From Bigelowiella natans CCMP2755 (Eukaryota; Protista; Cercozoa): DNA of 64,000 bases. Shown piece after piece: positions 14,030-23,381 of this stretch. The DNA is taken from NCBI GenBank assembly GCA_000320545.1, contig ADNK01001198.1:1-64000 (forward strand). The letters run 5' to 3'. Below the pieces are notes generated by a model. That model made no database searches, was not told the DNA's origin, and worked only from the letters and a program-made list of their open reading frames with translations. A program made the position numbers and the translations under genes. Position 1 is the stretch's first letter. Each line of letters begins with the position of its first letter.

Positions 14030-14783
14030 GCGAGGGATCTTAATGCAGCTCGGCATGTACTTGCGAAGTTTGTTAGCTTTGTTACAAACGATAAAGTTCA
14101 TGATTCGAAATGTGATGCCTTGGATAAGGATGGAATAATGATATTTTATTGATTATTTGTATAATTAGATACGATGCAAGAATATGCACTATTTACCTTC
14201 ATGTAATGCATGCTCCACATATCTTAGCCTAAACGACGCTGTATTACGCTTGGATGGAAACGACGGAGAAGCAAGTGGGCATGCTGTGCTAGCAAACATG
14301 TGTGGTGAACCGATAATAATGCAAAAACGTACATTGCATCTGAACGAGATTACAACTCGCAATGCAGCGTATATTTATATATTCATCTGCCGCATCGCAT
14401 GCATGCACGCGGTACGTACGTATACGTAGGATGCGGCGGCGGCACGCACATACAGCTAGAGTGTGTGATGTGCTTAATTGAATCCTATACGGCTTGCTGA
14501 CACAATGCGTGCAACTAGCTTTTGGATGACATGCGGCAGTCACTAACCGTCGTAGCTTTATCGCGCACCACATATATACACAAGTTTCGGTGCATACGTC
14601 GTTCGCGTGCAATGTGTACATGCACATTGAGTACACTAATGCAAAGACTTTTATTTTTCATGTGCAGCATATATGCATAGCCATCACATATACTATGCAT
14701 GGCATAGTGCGCTGCATGCATAGCTCGTATTACGATTGTAGGCGCCACTAATGTGTAATAAATGGGTAGGAGATAGAATCATG

Positions 14784-15965
14784 CTAGGCAGCTCGTTCAA
14801 AAGAGTTTCTCTTTTTCCATCCACAAACCCGATCGAGTTCTATGATGCAGGAACGCGGTCCCTGAGGTTTTCCAATTTCACCTGAAAAGACGGAAGGGGG
14901 GTATGCACTAGACGCAGTCGCTCCGCCCTGAATAAACCACTCTGAGCTCCCCCAAATATCGCATGGGAATAAATCCCCCAGTTCCTCTGTTAAGGCCTTG
15001 GTCACCGAGAATTCGAGCACAAACTTCAAATCCTTATTCAAGAGCCGACAACTATTCCACGTCTCATAAATTTTTTTACATTCTTTTTTGCGTCGTCTTT
15101 GCCACTCGTCACTTCCACTGGTCTTTACATTTTTGGCGCTTGTAAAGGCAGAGGAGCATTGTTGGAATGAAAACTTGACGTAGTCGAAGTCTATGATGTG
15201 TTCTTTAATGAATTCGTTGTTGAAGAGAGGGTTCTCACCGATATCATCGAGAGCAATTTCATACCCTAAATCACGAAGATTCTGCAGACGGGAAAACAAT
15301 AGTTTTTTTGATTTTTGGTTTTGAGGCCACGAATTCTTCGATTCATCCAGTTCTAAAACGATTCCCGTTCCAGAAAAACCAAGGAGAGTAGAATAAAAAC
15401 GCTCATCAAGAAAGTCTCTTGGCAGCGTATTAACAAAAACTCTGCGAATTTTAGGGAACAACGACATAGAGTTCTGTGCGTTCTGGATTTCTCCTAGTTT
15501 CCACGTGATGTATTCCCTCCGATTTGACATGTGTTTTAGCTGAACGAGGTCCATCCAGGGTGCGTGCGTTCCGCTACCTGCTGTCCGAATAAGAGATTCA
15601 ACTCCGTGAACAACACGATCCTCGCCGTCCAGCGACCAGATAGGCATCATTCTCCACTGATACCATGATTCATCTGGGCTTGTTCTCATTCGTCGCAGGT
15701 GTCTAATCTGTGTTTTGCTCAGAGCTGGTGGTTTGTTTACATTGAATTCACGAGGCTTTTCACGATCAAAGTTGATTTGATCTCGTTGGCCAGGATGCTT
15801 CCACTTCTTTGTAGGAGAAGAAGAATGGATCTTGGAATCAAACCTATTAACTGCATCCAAAAATGCCTCTTCGATGAGAGGGGTGGGGCTAGTTGGCTGG
15901 CTAGGTGCTCCCCCGCAAGCAAAGAAAACGTTTGGGAAAAGTGCCGCTTTAGTTCGGCGGTGCAT
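14784..15965 (-). CDS. Intronless EAL-domain (c-di-GMP phosphodiesterase fold) protein
   Basis: EAL motifs in the expected order: MMPIW, GVESLIR, VFVN, IVLELDE, IALDDIG, DYVKFS, FVLEF, FIQGG. The first in-frame ATG is at 15965; the ORF track starts at TTG 15980. Confidence 0.8.
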   Translation of the reverse strand: MHRRTKAALFPNVFFACGGAPSQPTSPTPLIEEAFLDAVNRFDSKIHSSSPTKKWKHPGQRDQINFDREKPREFNVNKPPALSKTQIRHLRRMRTSPDESWYQWRMMPIWSLDGEDRVVHGVESLIRTAGSGTHAPWMDLVQLKHMSNRREYITWKLGEIQNAQNSMSLFPKIRRVFVNTLPRDFLDERFYSTLLGFSGTGIVLELDESKNSWPQNQKSKKLLFSRLQNLRDLGYEIALDDIGENPLFNNEFIKEHIIDFDYVKFSFQQCSSAFTSAKNVKTSGSDEWQRRRKKECKKIYETWNSCRLLNKDLKFVLEFSVTKALTEELGDLFPCDIWGSSEWFIQGGATASSAYPPSVFSGEIGKPQGPRSCIIELDRVCGWKKRNSFERAA

Positions 15966-16399
15966 TCCCGCGTCTCTCAACCTTGTCGCTCTAATGTTAA
16001 GGAATATTCAAGTTGTGCCTCCTCTTAATGCCTCTTTGCACATGTACGCATTCTTCTTCTCTGAGCAGTCGATGAACGTGGCTCTGGAAATGATGATGGG
16101 GGGGGCGATGGTGTCTGTCGTCTACTGTGTCTGGAATCCCTTCGAATAAATAATGGTTGTAGTCGACACACACCCTCCTAATTTTGTAATAATACAAGTG
16201 GTCCTAATAATGAATACATGGAGGAGGGAGTTGTCTGTCGGCTGTATTGGAGTAGTAGTTACAATGATGCTACTTGATAACGACATTGAGTTATTTTATC
16301 CTACGACAACCACTAGACTACTATTTGCTTTGTCTTTATGTCAGAAACTCTTTTGAATTTATCCAAATCTACAAAGAAGTAAGGTGCGACATGACAACT

Positions 16400-17202
16400 G
16401 TCGCATGCACAGGAAGCAAGGGCGTGAGAGAGGCATGGAGGCACATACGTAGCTACAAGAAATGTAGGCGATTATCATCATTGTGAGAGACAGCCTTTGA
16501 TTTACCATCAAATTAAGACATGTCTTCATCTTGTACTTGTCGCAGGCAAGCGAATGTGGTCATAGACGTCTTTGTCGTCATTGCCGTTCGTGTCGCCGAC
16601 AGGTTTGCATCATGTCTTCATGCAAACATCATTATTTTCTCCGACGGATTTCCATTTTTGTTGGACGAACCCACAAAACAAAAGGCGGGGTTTGTCCATG
16701 CGAATGTCTACGCTCATACTCGTAGTGAGTTTCCGGAGGTCTGTCGCGTGTTGGAAATCCATCATGGCATGGGATGATGGTAGTGTCCGACAGTGTCCGA
16801 ATATGTCCGAAGATTGTTGTCTCCTAGAATTCCGGACATGTCTCACTCAGGATGCCACGCTCTGTCGCTCCAGACCAGTGGGCTGGCAGGCTGGCAGGGC
16901 TTGCTGTGCTGTGCGGTGATCGCCAAAACGAGTCGTCACCGTCTAGCCGTGCTAGCGTGGTGGTGACATGCTCAAGTTTGGTTTGATGACGTCAGAACCA
17001 GCTAGCCAGCTCCAGAGTTAGCCAGAGAAAGTGATTTCTGGCCGGACCGGACCTGCATTGAAAGTGATGTTTTTTTGGTTTGCTGGTTTGCTTGCGCATG
17101 CATGCATGTGTGCACGACTGCTAGCACAATCTGAGCAATGCTGGAATGCTGCCTCCTTGACATTCTCTAGCTAGCTAGTTCTGGCACGCGGTGCCCTGCA
17201 TG
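16400..17202. repeat. Decayed intergenic repeat interrupted by the LTR element (continues ~22927-23350)
   Basis: CTAG/CATG/TGCA-rich. Shares an inverted segment (gggatgatg..tgtccg..tgtccgaaga) and the 14-mer gcaatgctggaatg with 43300-43930. Confidence 0.5.
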
Positions 17203-17206
17203 AAAC

Positions 17207-17532
17207 TGTTGCGCGTAAGGTGTTCACAGGCCGAGGCGCTACGTGCACAAGTAGGCAGGGGGGGGGAAAGGCACGTTTGCTTCCTTTTGAAGAGTTGTGT
17301 TTATTTTTATTAAAGATTATATTTTTATTAAATCGTGCACTGCGTAATCATTCGCGAAGCTTTCGCGAATGCCGCCGCACGTGGGGCAGCACACTTCCGG
17401 TGTGCTGCCATGAGTCCCGCCGGAACCCACGTGCCTATGCTGTATTAATATCTACGTTATCTATATTCTATATCCGCGACAACCCCTTTGTTGTCGCACG
17501 TGACTTGTGCCCGCGTAGTGGTACGCGCTACA
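17207..17532 (-). repeat. 3' LTR (326 bp)
   Basis: tgttgcgcgta...tacgcgctaca; matches 22597-22922 by eye. Confidence 0.97.
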
Positions 17533-17543
17533 CCTCCCCCAAG
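17533..17543 (-). promoter_or_regulatory. Polypurine tract
   Basis: Minus-strand GGGGGAGG directly abuts the 3' LTR. Confidence 0.85.
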
Positions 17544-17583
17544 TCACGTTGCTCCTTCCTTCCTTCCTTATTCCCTTAGACCT

Positions 17584-20500
17584 TCATCGCTTTCGGAACT
17601 TCACCAACCACCAGGTAATAGATTCCTCTCTAACCTTATCTCCTTTGTCGCTTACCCAGAACTCACCTTCGTCCTTAGGTTCGTGTCCATACCAGCCCTC
17701 TGCATCAAGGTCCCCCAGGACCTTATACCAGTGCTCAAAGGGTAAGTCGGGAACAGCTAGGTAGAGTAGCTGATATTTTCCGTCCTTTATTTTCATAGCT
17801 ACCCTCTCCATATTTCGTAATCCAGGGTAGCCTAGATAGACAATCTTCATGCGCCAATCGTCGTTCACCCTGACCTTATTGTTTCCATATTCCACATCGA
17901 ACTTAGGTCGGGGTCCTAAACAAGGCATTGCTCGCTCCCACACAGTAGGGTTTACTTTAACATCCTCTAGGAGCTTCTCACCGATATCATAATTCTTTAG
18001 GTGACTGATGTGGCGCAAGGTGACCCTGTTCCCATCATAGATGTAGTACTGCTTCCTCCCCTTCCTCTCGGTAACCTTTGCAACGCCACCCCAGAAGGGG
18101 TCTTGTTTATTTCTCGATCTCAGATTTACCTTGGCCCTAACATACTGTCCTTCCTTTAGAACTCGGCCATCGTACGGGACCTTCTCGTCTTCGCTCTCGG
18201 TATCGTCGTCGTTGTCGTCGCCTTCTTCCCTCTCCTTATCCTTGATACCTCCCCCAGACGTGAAGGTGTCGTTTACTAACCCTTGTATCTTGTCTGGTGT
18301 GGTGCTATTTATCCTGCTTAGGTTGGCCAAGGTGCGGTGGAGTCGCTCTACCTTGGAGTTGGACTGGGCATAGTATACAGGTGAGGCATCAATATTAGGG
18401 TGTGGTAGCTGTAGAAGAGAGGTCTCATTATCCACATGTAACTTCTTTGGTATCTTGTTTATGCTAACTTCATCAGGGATAGCCTGGAGCTCAGACTCCC
18501 AGGTACGGTAGCAGTTAGTAAGCCTCTGCTTATATAAGCCTTTGTTCTTCTTAGCAACGTTGACCTTGATAATCTTTTTAACCCAGCACTTTCCAGTGGC
18601 CACATCAACGAAGGTAAGGTAGTGATAGCCATCGTACTTATAAACATCAATTTGCACGATATCTAAGAAGTTCCTTGCTTTGATTTTCTTAGATGCACGG
18701 CTCTTGCTGGACTCCTTGGTGGCGACGCCTGCCGCCTTCAAGCTGGAGCACCTGCAGCCACGCAGGTATGTCCTTATCTCTTTTAGCTTGTAGGGCCAGT
18801 AGTAATGGTAGAGTAGAGCAGTGATATGGTTTTCTCCTACGTGTGCAGGTCCATGGGCGGTAAAGAGAAGGGCTCCCCTGGTCCGCCGTGGCACGTAGGT
18901 ACGCCTAACATTATTAGTGTATACATATATCCTATCACTAAGTACCTCATGCTTGTGTTTGTATTTATCCAGGTGTTCTTGAAGGTGCTGGAGCTCCTCT
19001 GGCTCAGGCAGGAAGTCGCCGTCCTCGAAGGTAATCGCGTTAACCATAGGGGTGACCTGGGTAGGGACTTTCTTTTCGAACAGCCTGCTGAAATAGTCAG
19101 CAAGCTGCTTGTCTCCTGGTGCGTAGACCACTGTCCTCTTGTCCCTAAACTCTTCCGTGTCCGCCCTCATAGCTGCATACTCATCGTTAGGCGCTTCGAG
19201 CTTGCGGTCGATGCCTAGGAGGGGCTTGTGGTCAGTCATTAAGGTGAAGCTGGGCACCGACAGCAGGTAGTATCTTAGTTTCCTCTGCGCCTCAGTCATG
19301 GCTTTATACTCTCCTTTTGTAGGGCTGTACTTGGCCTCAGCTGCTGTGCAGGCCCTGCCCCACACCCGTATGATCTGCTGGTCTTGGGTAAGTACAGCAG
19401 CCATACCTAGCTTAGACCAGTCTGTCCATAGGGTAGCTGGTCTAGTAGTGTCTAGCTTAGCATTCAATAGGGTGTTGCTGCATAACTTTATTAGGTTATC
19501 GAAGTGGGCATCAAGGCCAGCCTTGGCCCACACCTTAGCGAAGCTGAGGCCTACAGAGTTCTCCTTCCGGTAAGCAGTAGTAAAAGCAGCTGCAGTCCTA
19601 GCGTAGGTAGGGGAGAACCTACGTAGTATCCAAGCTGCAGTCTGCAAGAATGACTTTAACTCCTTTGCATTCTTAGGTTTAGGGGCTTGCTGTAGTGCTG
19701 CTACTTTCTCGGGGTTTGGGGTGATGCGGCCTTGCTCCAGGTAATATCCACACCACTTGATTCTTGTAGCTAGGAATGTACACTTCTGCAGTCTAATAGT
19801 AAAACCGAAGTGTGCAAACCTAATAAATATATTTTCCAGGAGGAAGATCTGAGCGACGACTGTGTTGGTACATATTATGTCATCATCCACATACACAAAC
19901 ACAAACACCCACAACACAGACGCCATCCCATCATGTGTGTATGCCCTGTAGTTCTGACTACTGAACGCATCCCCTGATATGCTTAGGCCGTAAGGGAATA
20001 CGACGAAGTGCCACTTCCTGTGCCTGCTGGAGAACGCGGTAATGGGGCGGGAGGTTTTGTGGATGGGTGTCTGCATGTATGATTCATTTTTATCTAGGGA
20101 AGAGTAGTATTTGTATCCTATGACGTGTTCAATAACGTCATCTATCCTTGGTGTAGGTGTCTGGATCCTCTTTATTACTCGGTTGTGGCGGATGAAGTTG
20201 TGCGCCAGGCGGAAGAAAGGGTAAGTAGGTTTCTTAGCTAGCACATGTCTCACGTTCCATGGTGAGTTGCTTGGCTCTATCTTCCCTTCCTTTGCCCATT
20301 CATTGATCTGCCACTCTATCTTTTCCCAGTCCGCTTCCGGTCGCCTATGTTCTGGGTCATTGATGATGCACTCTTCGTATCCCTTCTTTAGCTCGATCTT
20401 TACTGGGGTAAGCTTGCTGGAGGGCTTCGTCGTCGGCTTGGTGATGTCAGAGTACTTCTCGTTTAATATTTTATTAATGTACTTTTTGCCTTTGTCGATA

Positions 20501-22557
20501 TCCCAATCATCAGCTGGGGGGGTCTTGTCCAGTAGCTCCGTTATCTGTCGGATGGTCTTGCCGGGGTTCTTCTTCCGTAGCTCGGTAGGTGTAGGTAGCT
20601 TGTTGTCCGCTAGGTCCATAAACTCTAACGCATTAACGCTTGACTCAGAGGTCCACTCGTCAAGCCGTATCATGTTCTGGCTGATGGTCCTGCCTGACTT
20701 CTTTGGCAACTTAGCAAAGTATATCTTGTGATTGTAGAATGATATGATCCCCCCTAATTTTTCTAGGGCATCCTGTCCGAGGAGTAGTTCCATGGATAAA
20801 GTCATGGCTACTCGGGTCTTGATTTGGGTCTCCGCGTCGCTGCCAGGTATCTGTAGCTTTAGCATTAGCTCACCGACGGTCTTCATGGAAGAGCTTCCGT
20901 CTGCTTGAGCATATTTACGTTCTTTCTTAGTCACTTGATCCAATAGTCCTAACCTTCTTACTGTGCTTAGGCTTATGAAGGACTTCGGCATGCTGCCACT
21001 ATCCCAAAGGGCAGGTAGTTTCTTGTAGTCTCCGTAGCTGTCTTTAACTTTAACCTTGGTCATAGCAACTTTGATAGTCCTGTTAGCGTCTTCGTCATTA
21101 ATGTTGCATACTCCTAAGTTCTTTATGTCGTCTAGGGTCATGGGCTTGTCTTGGTCCTGCGTTGCTGGTACTGCTGTCTTCGTCGGCGCCTGCTTAAGGT
21201 GATCTAATATTCCGTTTATCTGCTGCTGTATAGCATTGATACTGTTCTGCTTTTTGTTCTTATATTTATTGTTCTTCCCGTTGTTGCTGCCTTGCCATTT
21301 GCTGTTGTTATATCCTTGTCCTCTGCCTTTCTTTCTCTTTAACTTCTCGTAGTGTTCGTTGAGCTGCCTGATCGTCATCCTGGGTCGTCCTTCTTTCCTG
21401 TCTCTGCAGTCTTTAGCGGTGTGTTTCCCTTTACGTGAGCAGTATCCGCAACGTCGGTTACCTTCCCTGTCCTTGTACCAGTCTCGCTGCGGCTTAATAG
21501 CGTTAATGTTTCCTATGCCAGGTACCTTAGGGCTGGTAAACTTGCGGTCCTGCTCCTGCTCGCGTAGGGATATAGCCTGCACTGCTGCCTCCATCGTGGT
21601 GTAGCCTTTCTCCGTAACGTAAGTGGATTCCTTTATCTTTAACTTGAACTCTTCAAACCTTGCCTGATCATCACCTGTGTTGTAATTAAAATCATGTAGT
21701 TCGTCGATCATATCCTGGAAGCGCGTGGCAAAGTCTCTAACAGGTTCTCTCTCATGCTGCATCATTGCTCTGTATTTTCTAATAGCCTGGGGTAGGGAGT
21801 TAGCATCCTGTTCATTTACAAAAGCCTTCATTATCGCCTCAACGTCTCGTAGCCCACTAACTGTAGTGTGTATTTTCTCTAGCTGCCTGATCCGGGTCCT
21901 GCCTGTCTCGTAAAGGTCCATGGCTTGCTTTATTATAGCTAGCCATTTGAGCTTGTCGTTTTCGGTGGGGTTAGGGGTAAAGTCGCAGAGTATACTCCTA
22001 GCGTTCTTCCACCACCTCCTTGCCTCACCTCTTTTCCCGTTGTATTTCGTTATCATAACCGGTGCTGTTTTAACAGACATGAACTGGGTGTTCCGCTGTA
22101 CCGGCTGCTGCTGCTTGACGGTGCTCTGGGTCGTCCCCCGCGAGGCGCCCAGACCCCCGTCGTTCCTAAACAAAGCTGCCCACTCTGGAGGTAAGTCTGC
22201 TTCGTAATCCATGATGTCCTGCATGATAGCTGCCCAAACATCATGTGTCTGATACTTGTATTCTATCGATACTTTCAGTTTGGCGTAGTTGCTCGCCCTG
22301 GGTCGCAAGGCTCGTAATGCCATTACGACCTTCTTGCTTTCGGCGGCCACGTCCTCGTCGTCCGCCTCGTAGAAGTTCTCCAGTGCCTCTGCTGCTGCAT
22401 CTGCTTTCTTAATCCCGGGTGCTGGTCCCGGCGGTGCCTGTGGAGGTGTTCCTCCTCCTTCCTTAGCGTCCGTATCGCCCTTCCTTTCCTGTTTCTGCTC
22501 GTGCCCTTGCACGGCCTGCGAGCCAAAGTCCTGCTGTTCTTCTAGCTGCTGTGACAT
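17584..22557 (-). CDS. Gag-Pol polyprotein (1657 aa): Gag with CCHC knuckle, aspartic protease, RT, RNase H, integrase, C-terminal Dam-like extension
   Basis: CGYCSRKGKHTAKDC; ALWDSGS; LDKNESYMQ and YVDD; WTDWS, TDHKPL, ADYFSR; HGPAH..CRC; QID..VDNE..VER; SH3-like IN C-terminus (DPFWGG..RHISHLK); a further ~130-aa tail. Uninterrupted frame. Confidence 0.96.
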   Translation of the reverse strand: MSQQLEEQQDFGSQAVQGHEQKQERKGDTDAKEGGGTPPQAPPGPAPGIKKADAAAEALENFYEADDEDVAAESKKVVMALRALRPRASNYAKLKVSIEYKYQTHDVWAAIMQDIMDYEADLPPEWAALFRNDGGLGASRGTTQSTVKQQQPVQRNTQFMSVKTAPVMITKYNGKRGEARRWWKNARSILCDFTPNPTENDKLKWLAIIKQAMDLYETGRTRIRQLEKIHTTVSGLRDVEAIMKAFVNEQDANSLPQAIRKYRAMMQHEREPVRDFATRFQDMIDELHDFNYNTGDDQARFEEFKLKIKESTYVTEKGYTTMEAAVQAISLREQEQDRKFTSPKVPGIGNINAIKPQRDWYKDREGNRRCGYCSRKGKHTAKDCRDRKEGRPRMTIRQLNEHYEKLKRKKGRGQGYNNSKWQGSNNGKNNKYKNKKQNSINAIQQQINGILDHLKQAPTKTAVPATQDQDKPMTLDDIKNLGVCNINDEDANRTIKVAMTKVKVKDSYGDYKKLPALWDSGSMPKSFISLSTVRRLGLLDQVTKKERKYAQADGSSSMKTVGELMLKLQIPGSDAETQIKTRVAMTLSMELLLGQDALEKLGGIISFYNHKIYFAKLPKKSGRTISQNMIRLDEWTSESSVNALEFMDLADNKLPTPTELRKKNPGKTIRQITELLDKTPPADDWDIDKGKKYINKILNEKYSDITKPTTKPSSKLTPVKIELKKGYEECIINDPEHRRPEADWEKIEWQINEWAKEGKIEPSNSPWNVRHVLAKKPTYPFFRLAHNFIRHNRVIKRIQTPTPRIDDVIEHVIGYKYYSSLDKNESYMQTPIHKTSRPITAFSSRHRKWHFVVFPYGLSISGDAFSSQNYRAYTHDGMASVLWVFVFVYVDDDIICTNTVVAQIFLLENIFIRFAHFGFTIRLQKCTFLATRIKWCGYYLEQGRITPNPEKVAALQQAPKPKNAKELKSFLQTAAWILRRFSPTYARTAAAFTTAYRKENSVGLSFAKVWAKAGLDAHFDNLIKLCSNTLLNAKLDTTRPATLWTDWSKLGMAAVLTQDQQIIRVWGRACTAAEAKYSPTKGEYKAMTEAQRKLRYYLLSVPSFTLMTDHKPLLGIDRKLEAPNDEYAAMRADTEEFRDKRTVVYAPGDKQLADYFSRLFEKKVPTQVTPMVNAITFEDGDFLPEPEELQHLQEHLDKYKHKHEVLSDRIYVYTNNVRRTYVPRRTRGALLFTAHGPAHVGENHITALLYHYYWPYKLKEIRTYLRGCRCSSLKAAGVATKESSKSRASKKIKARNFLDIVQIDVYKYDGYHYLTFVDVATGKCWVKKIIKVNVAKKNKGLYKQRLTNCYRTWESELQAIPDEVSINKIPKKLHVDNETSLLQLPHPNIDASPVYYAQSNSKVERLHRTLANLSRINSTTPDKIQGLVNDTFTSGGGIKDKEREEGDDNDDDTESEDEKVPYDGRVLKEGQYVRAKVNLRSRNKQDPFWGGVAKVTERKGRKQYYIYDGNRVTLRHISHLKNYDIGEKLLEDVKVNPTVWERAMPCLGPRPKFDVEYGNNKVRVNDDWRMKIVYLGYPGLRNMERVAMKIKDGKYQLLYLAVPDLPFEHWYKVLGDLDAEGWYGHEPKDEGEFWVSDKGDKVREESITWWLVKFRKR

Positions 22558-22573
22558 TGTTAGTCAAATCGTT

Positions 22574-22591
22574 TCCCGTGTGTGGAAGCCA
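22574..22591 (-). promoter_or_regulatory. Primer binding site
   Basis: Minus-strand TGGCTTCCACACACGGGA, 5 nt inside the 5' LTR. Complementary to a tRNA-like 3' end ...GGAAGCCA; the tRNA isotype was not determined. Confidence 0.75.
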
Positions 22592-22596
22592 AAGGT

Positions 22597-22922
22597 TGTT
22601 GCGCGTAAGGTGTTCACAGGCCGAGGCGCTACGTGCACAAGTAGGCAGGGGGGGGGAAAGGCACGTTTGCTTCCTTTTGAAGAGTTGTGTTTATTTTTAT
22701 TAAAGATTATATTTTTATTAAATCGTGCACTGCGTAATCATTCGCGAAGCTTTCGCGAATGCCGCCGCACGTGGGGCAGCACACTTCCGGTGTGCTGCCA
22801 TGAGTCCCGCCGGAACCCACGTGCCTATGCTGTATTAATATCTACGTTATCTATATTCTATATCCGCGACAACCCCTTTGTTGTCGCACGTGACTTGTGC
22901 CCGCGTAGTGGTACGCGCTACA
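22597..22922 (-). repeat. 5' LTR (326 bp)
   Basis: Direct repeat of 17207-17532. Confidence 0.97.
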
Positions 22923-23381
22923 AAACCCTCCTTCCTCTGGCTAGCCGGTGTTGCAGTCCTTTTGCCCACGCTGGCATGCCAGCATGCAACACGTGTGCGC
23001 ACGGAAAAAGCTTGAAAGTTCAGATTGGAATGGGTCTGGGTCTCTGGCTCTAGGTGCCTACACAGCAGAGATGCTAGCTAGGATGTGTCGATGTCTAGAT
23101 GTGCGTTGCTCTGAACAGAGCGCGCAATGTTCATGTCGATCTAGCGATTGCACGCCGTCACGCACTGAATGCATGTGGTAGACGACAAAAACCCCTCTGC
23201 AGCTGCGGCTCATGTACGTGGCGAATCGCACAGCAAATCTAGAACTGAGCAAGGTTAGAAGGGCATCACACGATCAATGCATGCTAGCATGCTAGCATGT
23301 CTAGCTTGCTAGATGTGCATTCATTTTGGTGCAATGAATCCATGGAAAAGCTGATGTGAATCACAAGTGTGGCATTATCAA

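Larger units (their letters stand above)
17207..22922 (-). mobile_element. Intact Ty3/gypsy LTR retrotransposon (5716 bp) with 4-bp TSD AAAC
   Basis: Two apparently identical 326-bp TG...CA LTRs. AAAC at 17203-17206 and 22923-22926. PBS and PPT present. Single gag-pol ORF with domain order PR-RT-RH-IN. Confidence 0.97.

Noticed and set aside
16610-16846. Coding remnant in the decayed block
   Set aside because: No recognisable domain and stops nearby; cannot be supported without a search.
17220-17579. Plus-strand ORFs in the LTRs (also 22580-23053) and antisense ORFs within pol
   Set aside because: Shadow ORFs with non-ATG starts or antisense to the gag-pol frame; no motifs.
17584-17985. Chromodomain or env gene at the element's 3' end
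   Set aside because: No chromodomain pattern (Y.V.W.G), no signal peptide or TM, and no separate ORF.
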